Assembly: GCA_028534125.1 (NCBI GenBank)
Contig: CM052817.1
Span: 102,364,001 to 102,428,000 of the forward strand
DNA: 64,000 nucleotides
Origin: Lama glama
Lineage: Eukaryota
Direction of reading: 5' to 3'
Position numbers and translations under genes: made by a program. The notes under the pieces are model-generated. The model saw nothing but the letters and a program-made list of their open reading frames with translations, ran no database searches and had not been told where the DNA came from. Position 1 is the stretch's first letter. Every line of letters starts with the position of its first letter. Shown here piece by piece: positions 1-13,284 of the stretch.

Positions 1-82
1 AGAAGATTCATTTGATAAGCACACAGTCTACCATCCCGTATGTATTAAGAGTGGAGCTGGAAGACTGGAGCGGCAAAACCAG
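1..82 (+). CDS. FGG: Fibrinogen gamma chain, exon 7 (3' part, truncated by window edge)
   Basis: Translates EKIHLISTQSTIPYVLRVELEDWSGKT(S); GT donor at 83 (AG|gtactg); phase 2 matches next exon. Confidence 0.96.
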
Positions 83-1550
83 GTACTGTTAGAAAGGATT
101 TCTAACGTTTTGTTGTAGAGACGGTCTGGAGTGTCCACTTTCCAGCTATCAGGAGACCAGTGGGAAAGACAGTCTGACAAATGCCAAGAGCATATCCAGC
201 GAGGTTCCCTGGAGGTCAGTTCGGCTCTTGAGCAGTCCAAGGCAGTGGGTCCTATCCAGGCAGGATCTGAGAGTTTTGGTACAATCCACGTATTCTGGAA
301 CCATACAAAATAACAGCTGACATTTCCTGAGCATTTAATAGGTACCAGAAATTAAGCATGAAATAAATTTAATCGACTCCAAATAGTTCATGAGGCAGGA
401 ACTATTATTAATCCCATTTTGCAGATTAACTTTTCCAAGGTCGCATCACTGGTATATGGTAGACTGGATTTAAACTCAGATCGTTTAACTTTACAGTCTC
501 TTAACCATTACCCTGGTTTAAGGGTGAATCTAGTGCCTTTAGATGTCCCAGTGCTTTAATAACCACTTAGGCAGTCAAATCCAGGAGGGACCTTAAAATT
601 AAATCAGCCAGCTTCTTTGGTGAGCTGGATAGAGCTCCTTCTACGCTCAAAGCTGCCTGGGCACTTTGACTGCTATATACCCGATTAAAATTCTAAACAA
701 TATCCAACCCTCTTGTTACATTTATAACATTGATGAAATACAGTCTATGTCCAAACATGTATTTTTACTTTCTAAATGTTTAACCAGAAAGTACCATAGT
801 CAGTAGACCTTCTCCTGTGGGAACATTTCCCATTTCCCAAGTATTGGAGATCAGGAAGGCAGCTAAATGTTTTCTACAAATCTCTGTTCATGCACTAAGG
901 CCCATTCTTCCCTGTACTCCATAGAATTCTGGCCCCATTTGCAATTTTTTTTTTCCCGAAGGAGAATCTCTCTCTGATCCTGCAGCTCATGTTTTGTGGG
1001 TCACACAGGGACCACTTCTTTTATGTGATCCTCCTTCTTGACACTGCCCCACTGCCTTGGTGAAGATAAACCCCTTTAGGACCTCATCCTTTAGAGGGTA
1101 CACGTGGCTAATGGAACCATCGCTTCTTCAAGGGGGCTGCATTAATTAATGGTCACTCACTGTCAGATAATGAATGCTGTTTATTGGAACTGGGTGTGTA
1201 CAAGTTCAACACTGAGATAAAAGTGGAAAATATAAAATTAGTCAGATCCATCCACATGTCTGGATTGGATATTTGGCTCCTATAGGCAGAAGGCATTCAA
1301 ATGGCTGAAGTTTTTAGTTTTCCCTGGGATTTCCTGAAGGCTTCTAGACCCATCCTGGGTGGTTCTGATGACCTACCCACTGGTTCACACAACCATTGTC
1401 CTTTGCCAGATTTGCAGAAAATTTTATTCAGTGAACACATGTCAGACTTAAGGAGCAGAGTCAAAAACCAACAATTGTCCTGTGAAAGGGGGAACTTCTG
1501 AGACGCCTTCTGAGGTTCAGGGTCTAAGGTGTCTGTTCTCTTCTTTGCAG

Positions 1551-1828
1551 CACTGCGGACTATTCCACATTCAGTGTGGGTCCTGAGAGTGACAAATACC
1601 GCATGAAGTATGCCTACTTCATTGGTGGAGATGCCGGAGATGCGTTTGATGGCTTCGATTTTGGCGAGGATTCTAGTGACAAGTTTTACACATCCCACAA
1701 TGGCATGCAGTTCAGTACCTGGGACAACGACAATGATAAGTTTGAAGGCAACTGTGCTGAACAGGATGGGTCTGGTTGGTGGATGAACAAGTGTCATGCT
1801 GGCCACCTCAACGGCGTTTATTACCAAG
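1551..1828 (+). CDS. FGG: Fibrinogen gamma chain, exon 8
   Basis: ttctttgcag acceptor; [92 protein letters not shown]; donor G|gtatgg; 278 nt. Confidence 0.98.
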
Positions 1829-2499
1829 GTATGGCTTTCGTCTTCAAACATATGAATTTGTGTATAGTCTGTATTTTTAGAGAAGATAAGACATAAATAT
1901 AAGGAAATGAGAAATAATTAGTAAGGATGCCGGGGGCTTATGATATAGTTCTTTAGTTTAAGCCAGAATTGGATAATGCTAGCTTATACCTCAAATTGGC
2001 CCCTTTGTGAGAAATCCACCTGCTGCTGCAAACTATCCAGTGGTTCTCATTGTGCCTGAAACTACCACCATCAGAGTTGATACTTCGGGTAACGGTGTCT
2101 CCTCTAGACTTACCATCTATATGATCTGGATGGACAAACATTACATGTTTATGCCTGTTAATACATTAGCCCAGCTCAGCTTCCCAGGAGCTATGTGTCG
2201 GATACAACTGGTGAGCAATGAGTAGGTGTCTGGTGGAGTGATGTGAAGAGGAGGGATGAATTGATAAGGGCGGGGGTCCACGAGAGCTTGAGAGGAGAGG
2301 AGTTCAGCCTGGGGAGTGTAGGCATTTATTTTAGGATGGGGGGATAGCAAGCTTAAGTTTGCTCTAAGGCTGGAGTAGTTCTGGACACTAGTTTTACTTA
2401 GGAAAAACTATTGTTGCTACTTAGCAGTTATGCGTGGGGAAGCCTTCATCCATTATGAGCATCTTACCTCCTGAAGGCACTGTCCCAGCCAAGGGATGT

Positions 2500-2812
2500 C
2501 TTTTTTTTTTTTCATTGAAGTTTAATCAGTTACAATGTGTCAATTTCTGGTGCATAGCATAATGTTTCAGTCATACATACATATGCATATGTTTGTTTTC
2601 ATATTCTTTTTCATTATAGGTTACTACAAGATACTGAATATAGTTCCCTGTGCTATACAGTAGAAACTAGTTATCTATTTTATATATAGTAGTTATATCT
2701 GCAAGTCTCGAACTCCCAATTTATCCTTTCCCACCCTCCTTCCCCTCTGGTGACCATGTTTGTTCTCTATGTCTATGAGTCTGTTTCTGTCTTATACCTA
2801 AGTTCATTTGTG
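2500..2812 (-). mobile_element. L1 3'-end fragment in FGG intron 8
   Basis: Poly-T head followed by the reverse complement of the L1 3' UTR seen at 14400-14690. Confidence 0.8.
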
Positions 2813-3549
2813 CAAGAGGTGTCTTGAAATCCTCTTAAAAACTACTTAAATTTACCCTTTGGTTTTCACATTTTTTTTGAAACCTAAGTTATCTTTGCAC
2901 CAATAGACCAATTAGAATTAGAAGAAGCTCTCAGGCAAAATGCCTGATCCACAGAATCCAGAGTAGACGTGTTGATAGCCTGTGGTATACTCTAGTCCTG
3001 GACTCTTGACAATCCCTTCCAAAATTACTTGAGATCTAGCAGCCAGGAACAATACGGCACATCAACCTCATCTCCACTTTATAATGGGATATAAACTAAC
3101 ATTTCAGAACCATTTTCTAAAGCCCAGCATATTTTCTAGTAAAACTGTATTTTCAGATGACCTGAGAGACCCCCACCCCAATGAGGAATGACAACTTCTG
3201 CCATTTTAATCTGCTTCCGGAAAGATGGTTCATAATAGCTGAATTCAGGGTGGCTAAGCTTAGGGAGAGAGACCACTTGGGGAAATTTGGGGTTCTAGCC
3301 CTGTTGAGAGTGAATACATTTAAAGTATGAATGTGACCAGAAAGCACAACACAGACATACATGTTTGTTTAACATTAAGTTTATCCCACTTATAATTTAG
3401 AATTTAGGAGTCTTTAAGGACATTTTCAGTTAGTATATAACACTATAAATTTGATGTAAGTGACAACGGACTTCATGATGGTTCTTGACGGACTTTCAGA
3501 GGTGAGGCGATTCAAGAGCACTGATATGTCCATCTACAATTTGTTTTAG

Positions 3550-3719
3550 GTGGCACTTACTCCAAAGCATCTACTCCGAATGGTTATGATAATGGCATTA
3601 TTTGGGCCACTTGGAAATCTCGGTGGTACTCCATGAAGAAAACCACCATGAAGTTAATCCCGTATAACAGAATCGCCATCAAAGAAGGACAGCAGTATAA
3701 CCTTGGGGGATCCAAACAG
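3550..3719 (+). CDS. FGG: Fibrinogen gamma chain, exon 9
   Basis: ttgttttag acceptor; [57 protein letters not shown]; donor CAG|gttgga. Confidence 0.97.
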
Positions 3720-3755
3720 GTTGGACCAGAACACCATGTTGAAATAGAACAATAG
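3720..3755 (+). CDS. FGG: gamma' (gammaB) isoform C-terminus, read-through into intron 9: [11 protein letters not shown]
   Basis: In-frame continuation past the exon 9 donor, homologous to the start of human gamma' (VRPEHPAETEY...). TAG at 3753-3755; AATAAA at 3765-3770 and 4014-4019. Confidence 0.85.
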   Translation, partial: VGPEHHVEIEQ

Positions 3756-4249
3756 AAAATAGAAAATAAATTGTTTTGCCCTGAGAATTAGCTCTTTATT
3801 GCTGTTAACCCACAAAGTTTCAGAAACTTTCCTGAAATTTTCTTCCCGTTTTCTCTTACTGTATGTATATTAATTTTAAGTCTTTTATGAAGGATAATTA
3901 GCCTTGAAATGGCAACTAAAACTCACTTTGGACCATATTCCCAAATTACTGAATGCAGAGTTAACATTTACTTCTTTGATGAGATCATATTTTAGCTTAT
4001 TTCCTAAATATGTAATAAAATTGTCATGATAGTTTTCGTTTCAATGATCATACGTCATTTTGTTTTGGTCATTTTTAAGATTATTTTGTAAATATTTTAG
4101 TGTGTACTAATAAAGTAGGAGAAAATTCTAGGCATTTCAAATGCCTAAGTATTTTCCCACACTTATTACCCCTAAATCATTCATATTTAGTTATTTTATC
4201 AGTAGAGAGAATTATATCTTTTTAATATTTTTTTTTGTTTTGGTCATAG

Positions 4250-4264
4250 GTTGGAGACATATAA
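4250..4264 (+). CDS. FGG: Fibrinogen gammaA terminal exon 10 coding part: VGDI*
   Basis: Polypyrimidine tract + catag acceptor, then GTT GGA GAC ATA TAA; equivalent to human AGDV*. Confidence 0.93.
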   Translation, partial: VGDI

Positions 4265-4447
4265 AAGACCATTTCAAAAGTGATTTCCTTTTTTTTAAAG
4301 AACTTTATCTGAACAGAGAAATATAGTATTTTTCCTACAGAACAATGGACTTGCAAGGCCTCACTTCATCTTAAGAGTAAAAAGAACCTATGTTGAAAAC
4401 TCCACTAATGGTTTTATGCTGGTGATAATTTATCTACATACCATTTC

Positions 4448-4453
4448 AATAAA
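4448..4453 (+). terminator. FGG: Polyadenylation signal of FGG gammaA mRNA
   Basis: AATAAA about 185 nt after the exon 10 stop codon. Confidence 0.75.
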
Positions 4454-5379
4454 CATTTTGTTTCCTAAGACCAGACACACGGTACCTTTTACTGGCTGTT
4501 AAAAATCATCACTTTCCTTTGATTTTGTAATTACTGTTGGGCAATCATCAGTAGTTGCTGATGCTAAACATTATACTTGGTGCTAAACATTATACCTGAC
4601 TCTTGGGCAGTTATAAAGGAAAGAGAAATCATGGCTTTTGACCTCCAGGGGTTATAAGACAAATACAGAAAAATACAGTCAGCCAAACTAACAAAATTTG
4701 ATATAAAAATGTAAGCACAAGTCATAATCACATTACCAAGGTTCATGGTACCCGAAGTGCAGCTGGAGACGTAAGGCTGTTTGGGGATTCTCCCAACAAA
4801 GCCTTTTAGCTCTGGGATCCTGTGGCCATATGTGGGCGCTCAGAGAGGACTGTAACTCAGAGCAGAGAGCTCCAGGGAACCACCTGCTCAGACCCTCACT
4901 GGGGAACAAAGAGGTGAGCAGAATGAAGCCATTACTTCAGTAGCCAGAGACCAGGAATCGCCAACTGTCTGTGAGGAATAGCTGAGTCTACAAAAGCTGG
5001 CAGACGGTTGATCTTGTAGAGTAATTGACTAATTCTGTGAGGGGAGGATCTGGTTGCTCCGAAGTCCTGAGCATCAGCATTGGATTCCTTTCCTTGTCAC
5101 CATTTCCTTCCTAATTCTCTCGCTTCCTCGTTCTCATGAGTCCTGATTTTAAAAGCATCCTATTGAGGAGATTAAAAAACAATAAGTCGGCTTCTAGGAA
5201 TACAGCCCAAAACCTGTGAGGCGTTGAGAAAATAGAAACACTGATTCTCATTGTCTATAGCACTCATTCATTCATGTATGCATGAGGCAGTCATTCAACC
5301 AACACGTATTGACACCTTCATTGTACTAGTCACTGTGCTGCTCATAGTAGTATCCTCCTTTCTCCCAATACTATTCCTT

Positions 5380-5690
5380 TATTTTATTTTATTTTATTTT
5401 ATTTTATTTTTATTGAAGTATAGCCAGTTTACAATGTTGTGCCAGTTTCTGGTGTACAGCATCATGTTTCAGTCATACATGTACATACACATATTCCTTT
5501 TTATATTCTTTTTCATTATATGTTACTACAAGATATGGAATATAGTTCCCTGTGCTATGTATTATAAACTTGTTGTTTATCTATTTTATATATAGTAGTT
5601 AGTATCTGCAAATCTAGAACTCCCAATTTATCCCTTCCCACCCCCTTTCTCCCCTGGTAACCATAAGTTTGTTTGCTATGTCTGTGAGTT
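5380..5690 (-). mobile_element. L1 3'-end fragment
   Basis: (TTTTA)n tail and the same L1 3' UTR sequence. Confidence 0.8.
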
Positions 5691-5721
5691 TTTTATAAAA
5701 AATTTCTAGTTAAAAAAAAAT

Positions 5722-5800
5722 TTTAATGGAGGAATTGGGGATTGAACCTGGGACCTCACACATGCTAAGCATGAGTTCTACCACTGAGCTATACCACCCC
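5722..5800 (-). mobile_element. tRNA-derived SINE (camelid type)
   Basis: Reverse complement of GGTATAGCTCAGTGGTAGA...GGTTCAATCCCC, with A and B boxes. Confidence 0.8.
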
Positions 5801-7807
5801 CAATACTGTTCAATTCCATCCAGTTCTCAAGTTTCAAAAAAACAGGAATTATTCTTTTTTATTCCTCCCTCCCCATGTCACTAAGCCTGTCAAATCCACC
5901 ACCTAAACATTTATTATATTCACTTCCGTTTCCTTACCCACTGCCACCATTCTAGTTGGGATCTATAGCATCTTGCCAAGATAGCGACAAACGCCTCCTT
6001 CTTGTTTTTTATCTTGCCTCCAACCTTATCTGTTCCCACCTCGTACTCCAAACTACTTCTAAACTCAAAATGCATATGTCTATCCTCTGAGGATCTATAA
6101 AATCCTTTGGGTGAGCAATTTGGTCATAGACAGGGAGAGTTATGTAAATATTCATTAAGTTTTGATGCAGTATCACTCCAGTGATATATCCCAAGAAAAT
6201 TATTTTTGAAAAAGAAAATAGCTATGTATAGAAATACAAATACAGTCATATACTTAACAACAGCGGGACATTTAGAAAGTATTTAACAGTGGAAGAATGG
6301 ACAAGCAAGGTGGTTTACTAGTACAATGGAAAAGAATGCAATGATTACATCATAAGCATAATATCTCTGTATGAACAAAGAAATATTTACAAAGTAATAA
6401 GTAAGATTTAAAGATGGAAAAGCAATTCTACAATGATAACTATGTTAAAAGTATCTATACATATGCATTTTGAACAAAATATAAACTTGACATAAATGCA
6501 GTATTTGTACATATTTGATCTATGAAATGTGATTTATAAATATAGAGTCCCCAACTGATCTATAAAAGTTAATAAAAATACTAAGCACAAAATAAATATA
6601 AGTCCAAAAGTCTCTAATTTTTCCTGTGACCACTTTTCCATTGCTTCTTCTAAAATAGCAGTTTTAACATTCTTTCATAAACATTTTGGAGGTCCCTGTT
6701 TTTGTGGGTGTCCAGAGCACATAAATGGTCTGAGTGTTGGGTAATCCAGCATTGCTAGGGAGGGACTTCTAACATCCTCTTTCTACACCCCTCCATTGTT
6801 TGATTTGTTATAATGAGTACGTTATTAGTTTTGCAGTTAATTTTAAACCCCAGTGAGGTAGAAGTGCACAGAGGAGCATCAAAATTTTACTTGTTTAGTT
6901 ATTCATATTCAGTGGTGAACCTTGAAGGGCTATAACTTAAGAAATAGAGTAAGAGATATACTTCCAAACTCAATTGGATCATATCTCTACAAATAAACTA
7001 GAAATTGAAAGGCTTATCTTGAGAAATCAACTTTTAAAAAATCTACTTTTAAGTGAAACAGTGAGCTTGGAGCCTCGTAGAGACAGATTACTTTTCTGCA
7101 CAGCTCAAATCACAGGTAACTATTACCTAGCACTTCTCTTTCCTTTCCTGGGCACATGAAACTCAGGTCACTGCAAAAGAGGGAGGCTGAATACAAAGCA
7201 AATGTGCATGGTCACACACTTTGAAAAAACTCGCAGAGAGAAGCTTCCAAAAAGGAAGGTGCTGGTACAGAGGCACTGATACCATGACTTCAGGTCACGA
7301 ACTACAGGGCAGAGTTCTTTAATCTAGCAGGCAGGAGTAATCATTTACTGGACAACTGTCGAGATTTTCAAATATACTTCTGAAGTGCTATAGCTTTGGT
7401 TTTAAAAAATTCTTCTTACGTTCAGTAGTTTTGCTTTAAGGATCATGTTTCAGATTCACGAGGAGGTTGAGAGTGAGTGGGAAATGAAGACATGCAAGTA
7501 CAGACAACGTATTTGAGAACTTACAAGATCTAAATGTCTTTAACTCTTAACTCTGACCAGTAATAAACAAGCCAAAGTATATATAGCAGCTATCCACGGC
7601 GTATTCAGATGACCAGAGTGAAAAACAAAGTGCACATTTAACCCTGGAGAAGATAAATCTACTGATGATTTCTTATCAGTTTGATGCAGCTCAAAAAGAA
7701 TGGAGAAAAGAGACTTGGTGGTGGTATGAGTTCATGTAGATGGAAAATACTAAGTTAATGACAAAGAGACCAAGAGTGTGGGAAAGACTGTTTCATATAC
7801 CGTTTCC

Positions 7808-7808
<1 letters not shown>

Positions 7809-7845
<37 letters not shown>
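7809..7845. repeat. (TG)n microsatellite
   Basis: Direct reading; other AC/TG tracts lie near 11062-11110, 57332-57365, 59643-59663 and 62250-62320. Confidence 0.95.
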
Positions 7846-7847
<2 letters not shown>

Positions 7848-9659
7848 AGAGGCAGAACTTGTGTTAATCATACTTTTAACACACTATATTCACGTTCGTC
7901 TGTGCTGGGTCACTCTTCATCGATCGAGTCTCTTCTATTCAAATTTTCTTTTCTTCCCTTTAAGAATCCCTTAATAAACAATCATTGTAACAGATTTGAT
8001 GAGTGTTTCCTTATTTGTGCATATTCTTATAAATCATGGATTGGTGTTTTTGTTTTATGTATTTTTAAATTATGTAAATGTCATTGTGCTATAAATCAGT
8101 GTTACTCAGAATGCTGATCCCCAAATTCTGTGTTTCCAGTCAGCATTAAGATAAGTAAAAAGATTGAGAATTAGCGTGTAGAAACATCTCCCCTGTATTA
8201 TGTATATGATGATTATATTTATTCAAATGTAATTATATGTCATTGGAATCTAATAACAAAAATAGGGGCCTATATTTTGTATATGCTTGCTTTTTAACAT
8301 TTTATCTTACTAGTCATCATTTTTATTGCATTTTATAATCTAACAGGTCTGTGACTGATTAAAAATTTAATAAAACTGATCCTTTAGCACAAATGCCTGA
8401 ATAAGCACTGCTAAGGTCCTCGTTATACTTGCAATCTGAGTATTTTGTAACTTCCTTTGATTTCCTTTTGAACCCAAGACATAAAGTGAATATTATTTGG
8501 TTCCAGAGCTTGTGCATTTTAAATCTGAGAGCATAATTTTGATAATACTGATCCTTGAGAGAGAGAGAGTCGGAAATTACTCTGGGACACAGGAATTATC
8601 AGAGAATTAATTGACCCCATCAAAGTGCACCTAAATCATAACCACTCTCCAATAATGAGCTGCATGCAAGTAGACTACTGCCGTTTTCTTCTTTAAGAAG
8701 GAAAAAGAACAAACAAGATAGACAGTGACTGGCCTTGTAAACATGAGCTTTGGCCTGAATGGCCCTGTAGCCGTGGCCTGTTACAAGCACTGATACCAGA
8801 CTTGACTGCTGGCTTGTAGAACACGCCTCTGCGTCAGGTTTGAAAGCATTTTGGGAAGGCTGACTGGTGCTGTTTCAAGCTCTTGTTCGTCCCAATTTTT
8901 GCTGAAAATATCTGGAAGTCCAAACAGATAAATTCAGATCATGACATTTAATCAAGAGTATAACTGGGTCAAAACTGTCTTTTCCAAATCCAAAATCCAG
9001 TGTTCTTGGCCCTGCCTCCCATCCCCCAGCTCCGCACCCAGGTTTTCTTCTGCTGGTGACTTAAAAGCATGAGGTAACCTGAGATAGATGGGAATCCTCT
9101 CTAAATCAACCCACATGTTGACTCTCCCTGAATAAACAGAGGAGGGCAGATTCCACTTTGGGATGAAAGTGGCCTCTTTCAAATCCTCAGGGGCAAATAG
9201 TTAAAGTGTGACTTAGGGAAAATGACCTAACATGGAAGAGACTTTGGACTGGAAATATTTTCCTTCCCAATTCACTCTCTTTATATCATAAAGCTGCGGT
9301 TAAGTGTCAAATGAGATCATATACAAAATTGCCCCCAAGACAAAAACAAAACTGAATTGTCTTTTGTTATTAAGATTGGCATAGCTACATGAGGTTTGAA
9401 TCTAATGTCAGTTAAGTCTGGAAACATAATTTTAAAACTTTAATTTTTTCGCTTTTATTTTTTTAAGAAAATTTTAATTTCAGAATAATTTTTTTATTTG
9501 CAGAGAAGTTATAAAGATACTACTGAGAGTTCCCTGTATCCATCACCCAATTCCTTTCACGTTAACATCTGGCATGACCATGGCTCATTGGTCAAAATTA
9601 AGAAACCAACGCTAGTAGTCACTCTTTCCTAACTTTACACTTTATTCAGGTTTCACCAG

Positions 9660-10230
9660 TTTTTTTTTTTTGAAGTGTAATCTGTTTATAATTTTGTGTC
9701 AATTTCTGGTGTATAAGGTTTCAGTAACACATGTACATATGTATATTCATTTTCATATTCGTTTTCATTATAGGCTACTACAAGATACTGAATTTGGTTC
9801 CCTGTGCTATACAGTAGAAACTTGTTGTTTATTTTATAAATAGCAGCTAGTATCTGCAAATCTCAAATTCCCAATCTACCCCTTCCCATCCACTTCCCCC
9901 AGTGGTAACCATAAGTTGGTTTTCTATGTCTATGAGTCTGTTTCTGCTTTATAACTAAGTTCATTTCTGTCTTTTGTTTGTTTGTTTTGTTTTTTTAGAT
10001 TTCACATATGAGTGATACAATACAGTATTTTTCTTTTTCTTTCTGGCTTACTTCAATTAGAATGACAGTCTCCAGGTCCATCCATTTTGCTGCAAATGGC
10101 ACTATTTTTTTCTTTTTTATGGCTGAGTTGTATTCCATTGTATAAATATAACACAACTTCTTTATCCAATTATCTGTCGATGGACATACTGGTTGTTTCC
10201 ATGTCTTGGCTATTGTAAGTAGTGCTGCTG
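9660..10230 (-). mobile_element. L1 3' fragment inserted in an older L1-like element (about 9460-10440)
   Basis: Poly-T plus L1 3' UTR and ORF2-end sequence (tctgtcgatggacat...ggctattgt). Confidence 0.8.
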
Positions 10231-11058
10231 TGAGATTTCAGCAGTTTATGCAAATATCGTTTTTCTGTTCCAGGATCTGACCCAGGATACAGCATGACAC
10301 TTAGTTGTTACATCTCCTTAGTCAGCTTTGGTAACAGTTTCTTAGTCTATCCCTGTTTTTCATGACCTTGACTGTTTAGAGAAGTATATTCTGATATATT
10401 GGGCAAGTGTGTTAAAATGTCCCTCAGTTTGCATTTCTGTGCTGTTATGCTCAATGATTTTTTGTTGAATTTTATCTAAGCAAAATTTTACCCAAATGCT
10501 TTCCCTAAATTGCCTTGGTCTTACTACAGAATTGTCCATTAAAAATAGGTTTCAAACAGAATCACAGAGAATTAAATGGATCTTGGTAATTACCAAGTAA
10601 TACCACATACTTTTCATATGATTCTTTGCTGTGGAATATCTAAATACCTTACTGAGACTATTTCCTGAGATCACAATACATCACTATTAAATAAGTACCA
10701 ATTGATCAGATTTGCTAATCTTTAAGAACCACAGTGAAACCAGCAGAGAAGTGTGCCAAAGTAAATGGATTTAAGATCTGCGATGTTGAAATGAATTCCT
10801 GTTGTTGACATATGGTGGATATTAATACACCACTTGATTTTTCATCTTCATAATGATTTTACTTTTAAAAAATAGCATTTATACCTTAATACATATTCAA
10901 CACAAGTACTGATAAATCCAGAAAAATTTAGGAAAGCACATTATAAGTAAAATCAATTTATCTTGAAAAATGAATTCTTTCATTGGTGATGCAGTTAAAA
11001 ACAAAAAGAAATAAAGCAGTAGGAAAAACTCAAGAACCTCACTTTCACCTCTCTCTCT

Positions 11059-11095
<37 letters not shown>

Positions 11096-12459
11096 CACAC
11101 ACTCACACATAACTATTTAGTGGAAACTTGATTAAAAGTGCTTAAGTAAAAGGCCACGAAAATTGTACATAAGAATAAAAAAAAAGAGAATGATTTTTCT
11201 ATTAATTGAAACATCATAGAATTTAATTCCAAAAATGCTAAAAAATTATTCAATTACATGGCAATTAACCTGGGGATAGCTTAGTTATCAGAAATAAAGC
11301 AGATTTCTTTCCTGATGAAGGAGATTAAAGAGAAGTGCTGTGTGACAGGATCAGGAAAGACTGAAAAACTCTTTTTTTTTTTCCCTCCTCACATTCCTAA
11401 GCACAGTTCAGAATCATTTCTGAGTTTTTAAGGGAATACACAGAATCGTCTGTCTTCTTTCCACAGCTACAGTGTCCAGGGAACCCATCTCGAGTCAGGG
11501 CACTGACGAGTTCTGAAAGTAAAAATCCTGTTAGTCACTCTTGGCTAGATCATCATACTAACTCATTCACCTTTCACAGTAAGCAGATTGGTTAAAAACA
11601 AACTTTTGTAATACTTTGGAAATGCAGGAAACAAGAAGAGACAATAAGAGACACAAAGCTAAGTAGCCTTGCCAGTGTTTTCCAGTGAATCTTTTACAGA
11701 TCAGTCACTGCTGTAAAAACCTGAAGCAGAGGCCCTGAAAGAATATTATATGTGTCAGAACTGCCTACATTTTAATAATTTAGGCATTTCAAAATTGAGA
11801 AACTAATTTTGGCACTTTCCAATGGTGCATGCAGTATCACTTTAATAAAATATTTCCTATCAAAATACCATTATCTTCTTGTTATTAGTACAATGAATCT
11901 GTATATTTGTTATATAATAAATATATATTTATTTATATACAATAATATATATTATAATATATACATTATATATTTTATTTATATAAAAATGCATATTCAT
12001 ATAGATTTTAAGTCAAAAGACACAGTGAGTATTTTTCAAAAACATCTTTCATTTTTAGACCTGAATTAAATCTGATATTTTAAGAAACATTTTACACAAA
12101 ATGTAACAGAAAGCAATGCAAAAATAGTATTTCACTCTCTGCTCTATTAAAAAAAGTACTTTGAACTTACCTCACAGAATCTTCTTCATTGTTTTATATT
12201 AGCTTAAACCATATGAAATTGCAGACATCCATCATTTTGATCTACAAAAATGGCAATCTTATATGGTTTAACTTCTTAGTTGCATATGTATTTATTTGCT
12301 ACCCAATTATAGCAACTTGAATGTACAAACTATCCTTTCTCTCTCAAGGACATAGCATGCAGGACTGACAAACAGACACAAAATAAATGCCTGTTGTAGT
12401 CGAACAAATGAATAAGCGAGTAAACAGTCCTCAGAATTCAATACATTTAAAATAAATTG

Positions 12460-12720
12460 GAAAGGGGGTGGGGAGGAATATATTGGGAGTTTGGGATTTG
12501 TAGATACGAACTACTATATATAAAATAGATAAACAAAAAGGTCCTACTGTATGGAACAGGGAACTATGTTCAATACCTTGTCATAGCCTGTAAGTGAAAA
12601 AGAATATGAAAAGGAACATATAGATATATGTATGAATGAATCACGATGCTACACACCAGAAATTAACACAACATTCTAAATCCACTATACTTCAATAAAA
12701 CAAACAAATGAACAAAAAAT
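12460..12720 (+). mobile_element. L1 3'-end fragment
   Basis: Same family 3' UTR ending AATAAA and an A-rich tail. Confidence 0.75.
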
Positions 12721-13284
12721 GAGTTATGAAAGAAAGGGATGTTCTCCAATGCTCCTGGCATGTAACCGTGGGAAGGTCAAATATCCCATTTAAAAGAAAA
12801 CTGAAGGTTGTTTTATTTTGTTTTTTGGGGGTTTTTTTTGTATTTTTAAGTTATGTTTACTCAGTGGCAAATATTTAGAAGACTGGCTACACATTTCACT
12901 CTCATGTGTAAGTTTTGACGTGTAGATTCAATTTAAAAGTGAAGCATAATTACAGCTACAGAAACTCTATTCTTATTACATACATTATATATCATATAAA
13001 TAAAAGCTATTCCAGTCCTGCCAGATGTGATGGCATAAGAAACATGTGAATCCTTGCATTTAAAGATTTATAATTTGTGGAAAATTATATTAATTTCAAG
13101 GGATAAATGCATGAAACACTTCTCTTAGTAGAGCCAAGGAAAACAGGATATAGTCATCTCTGGGGAAAAAATGTAATTCACAGAGGTTATGGTTTAAGAA
13201 ACTGAAAATTTCTCAATTTCTTTCTGTTTTTACATTTGCAAAGATACCCTTATTATCACATGCTTTAAAAAATGATACTCCTGC

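Noticed and set aside
1297..1851. 184-aa antisense ORF over FGG exon 8
   Set aside because: Antisense shadow of a coding exon extended by chance; no recognisable product.
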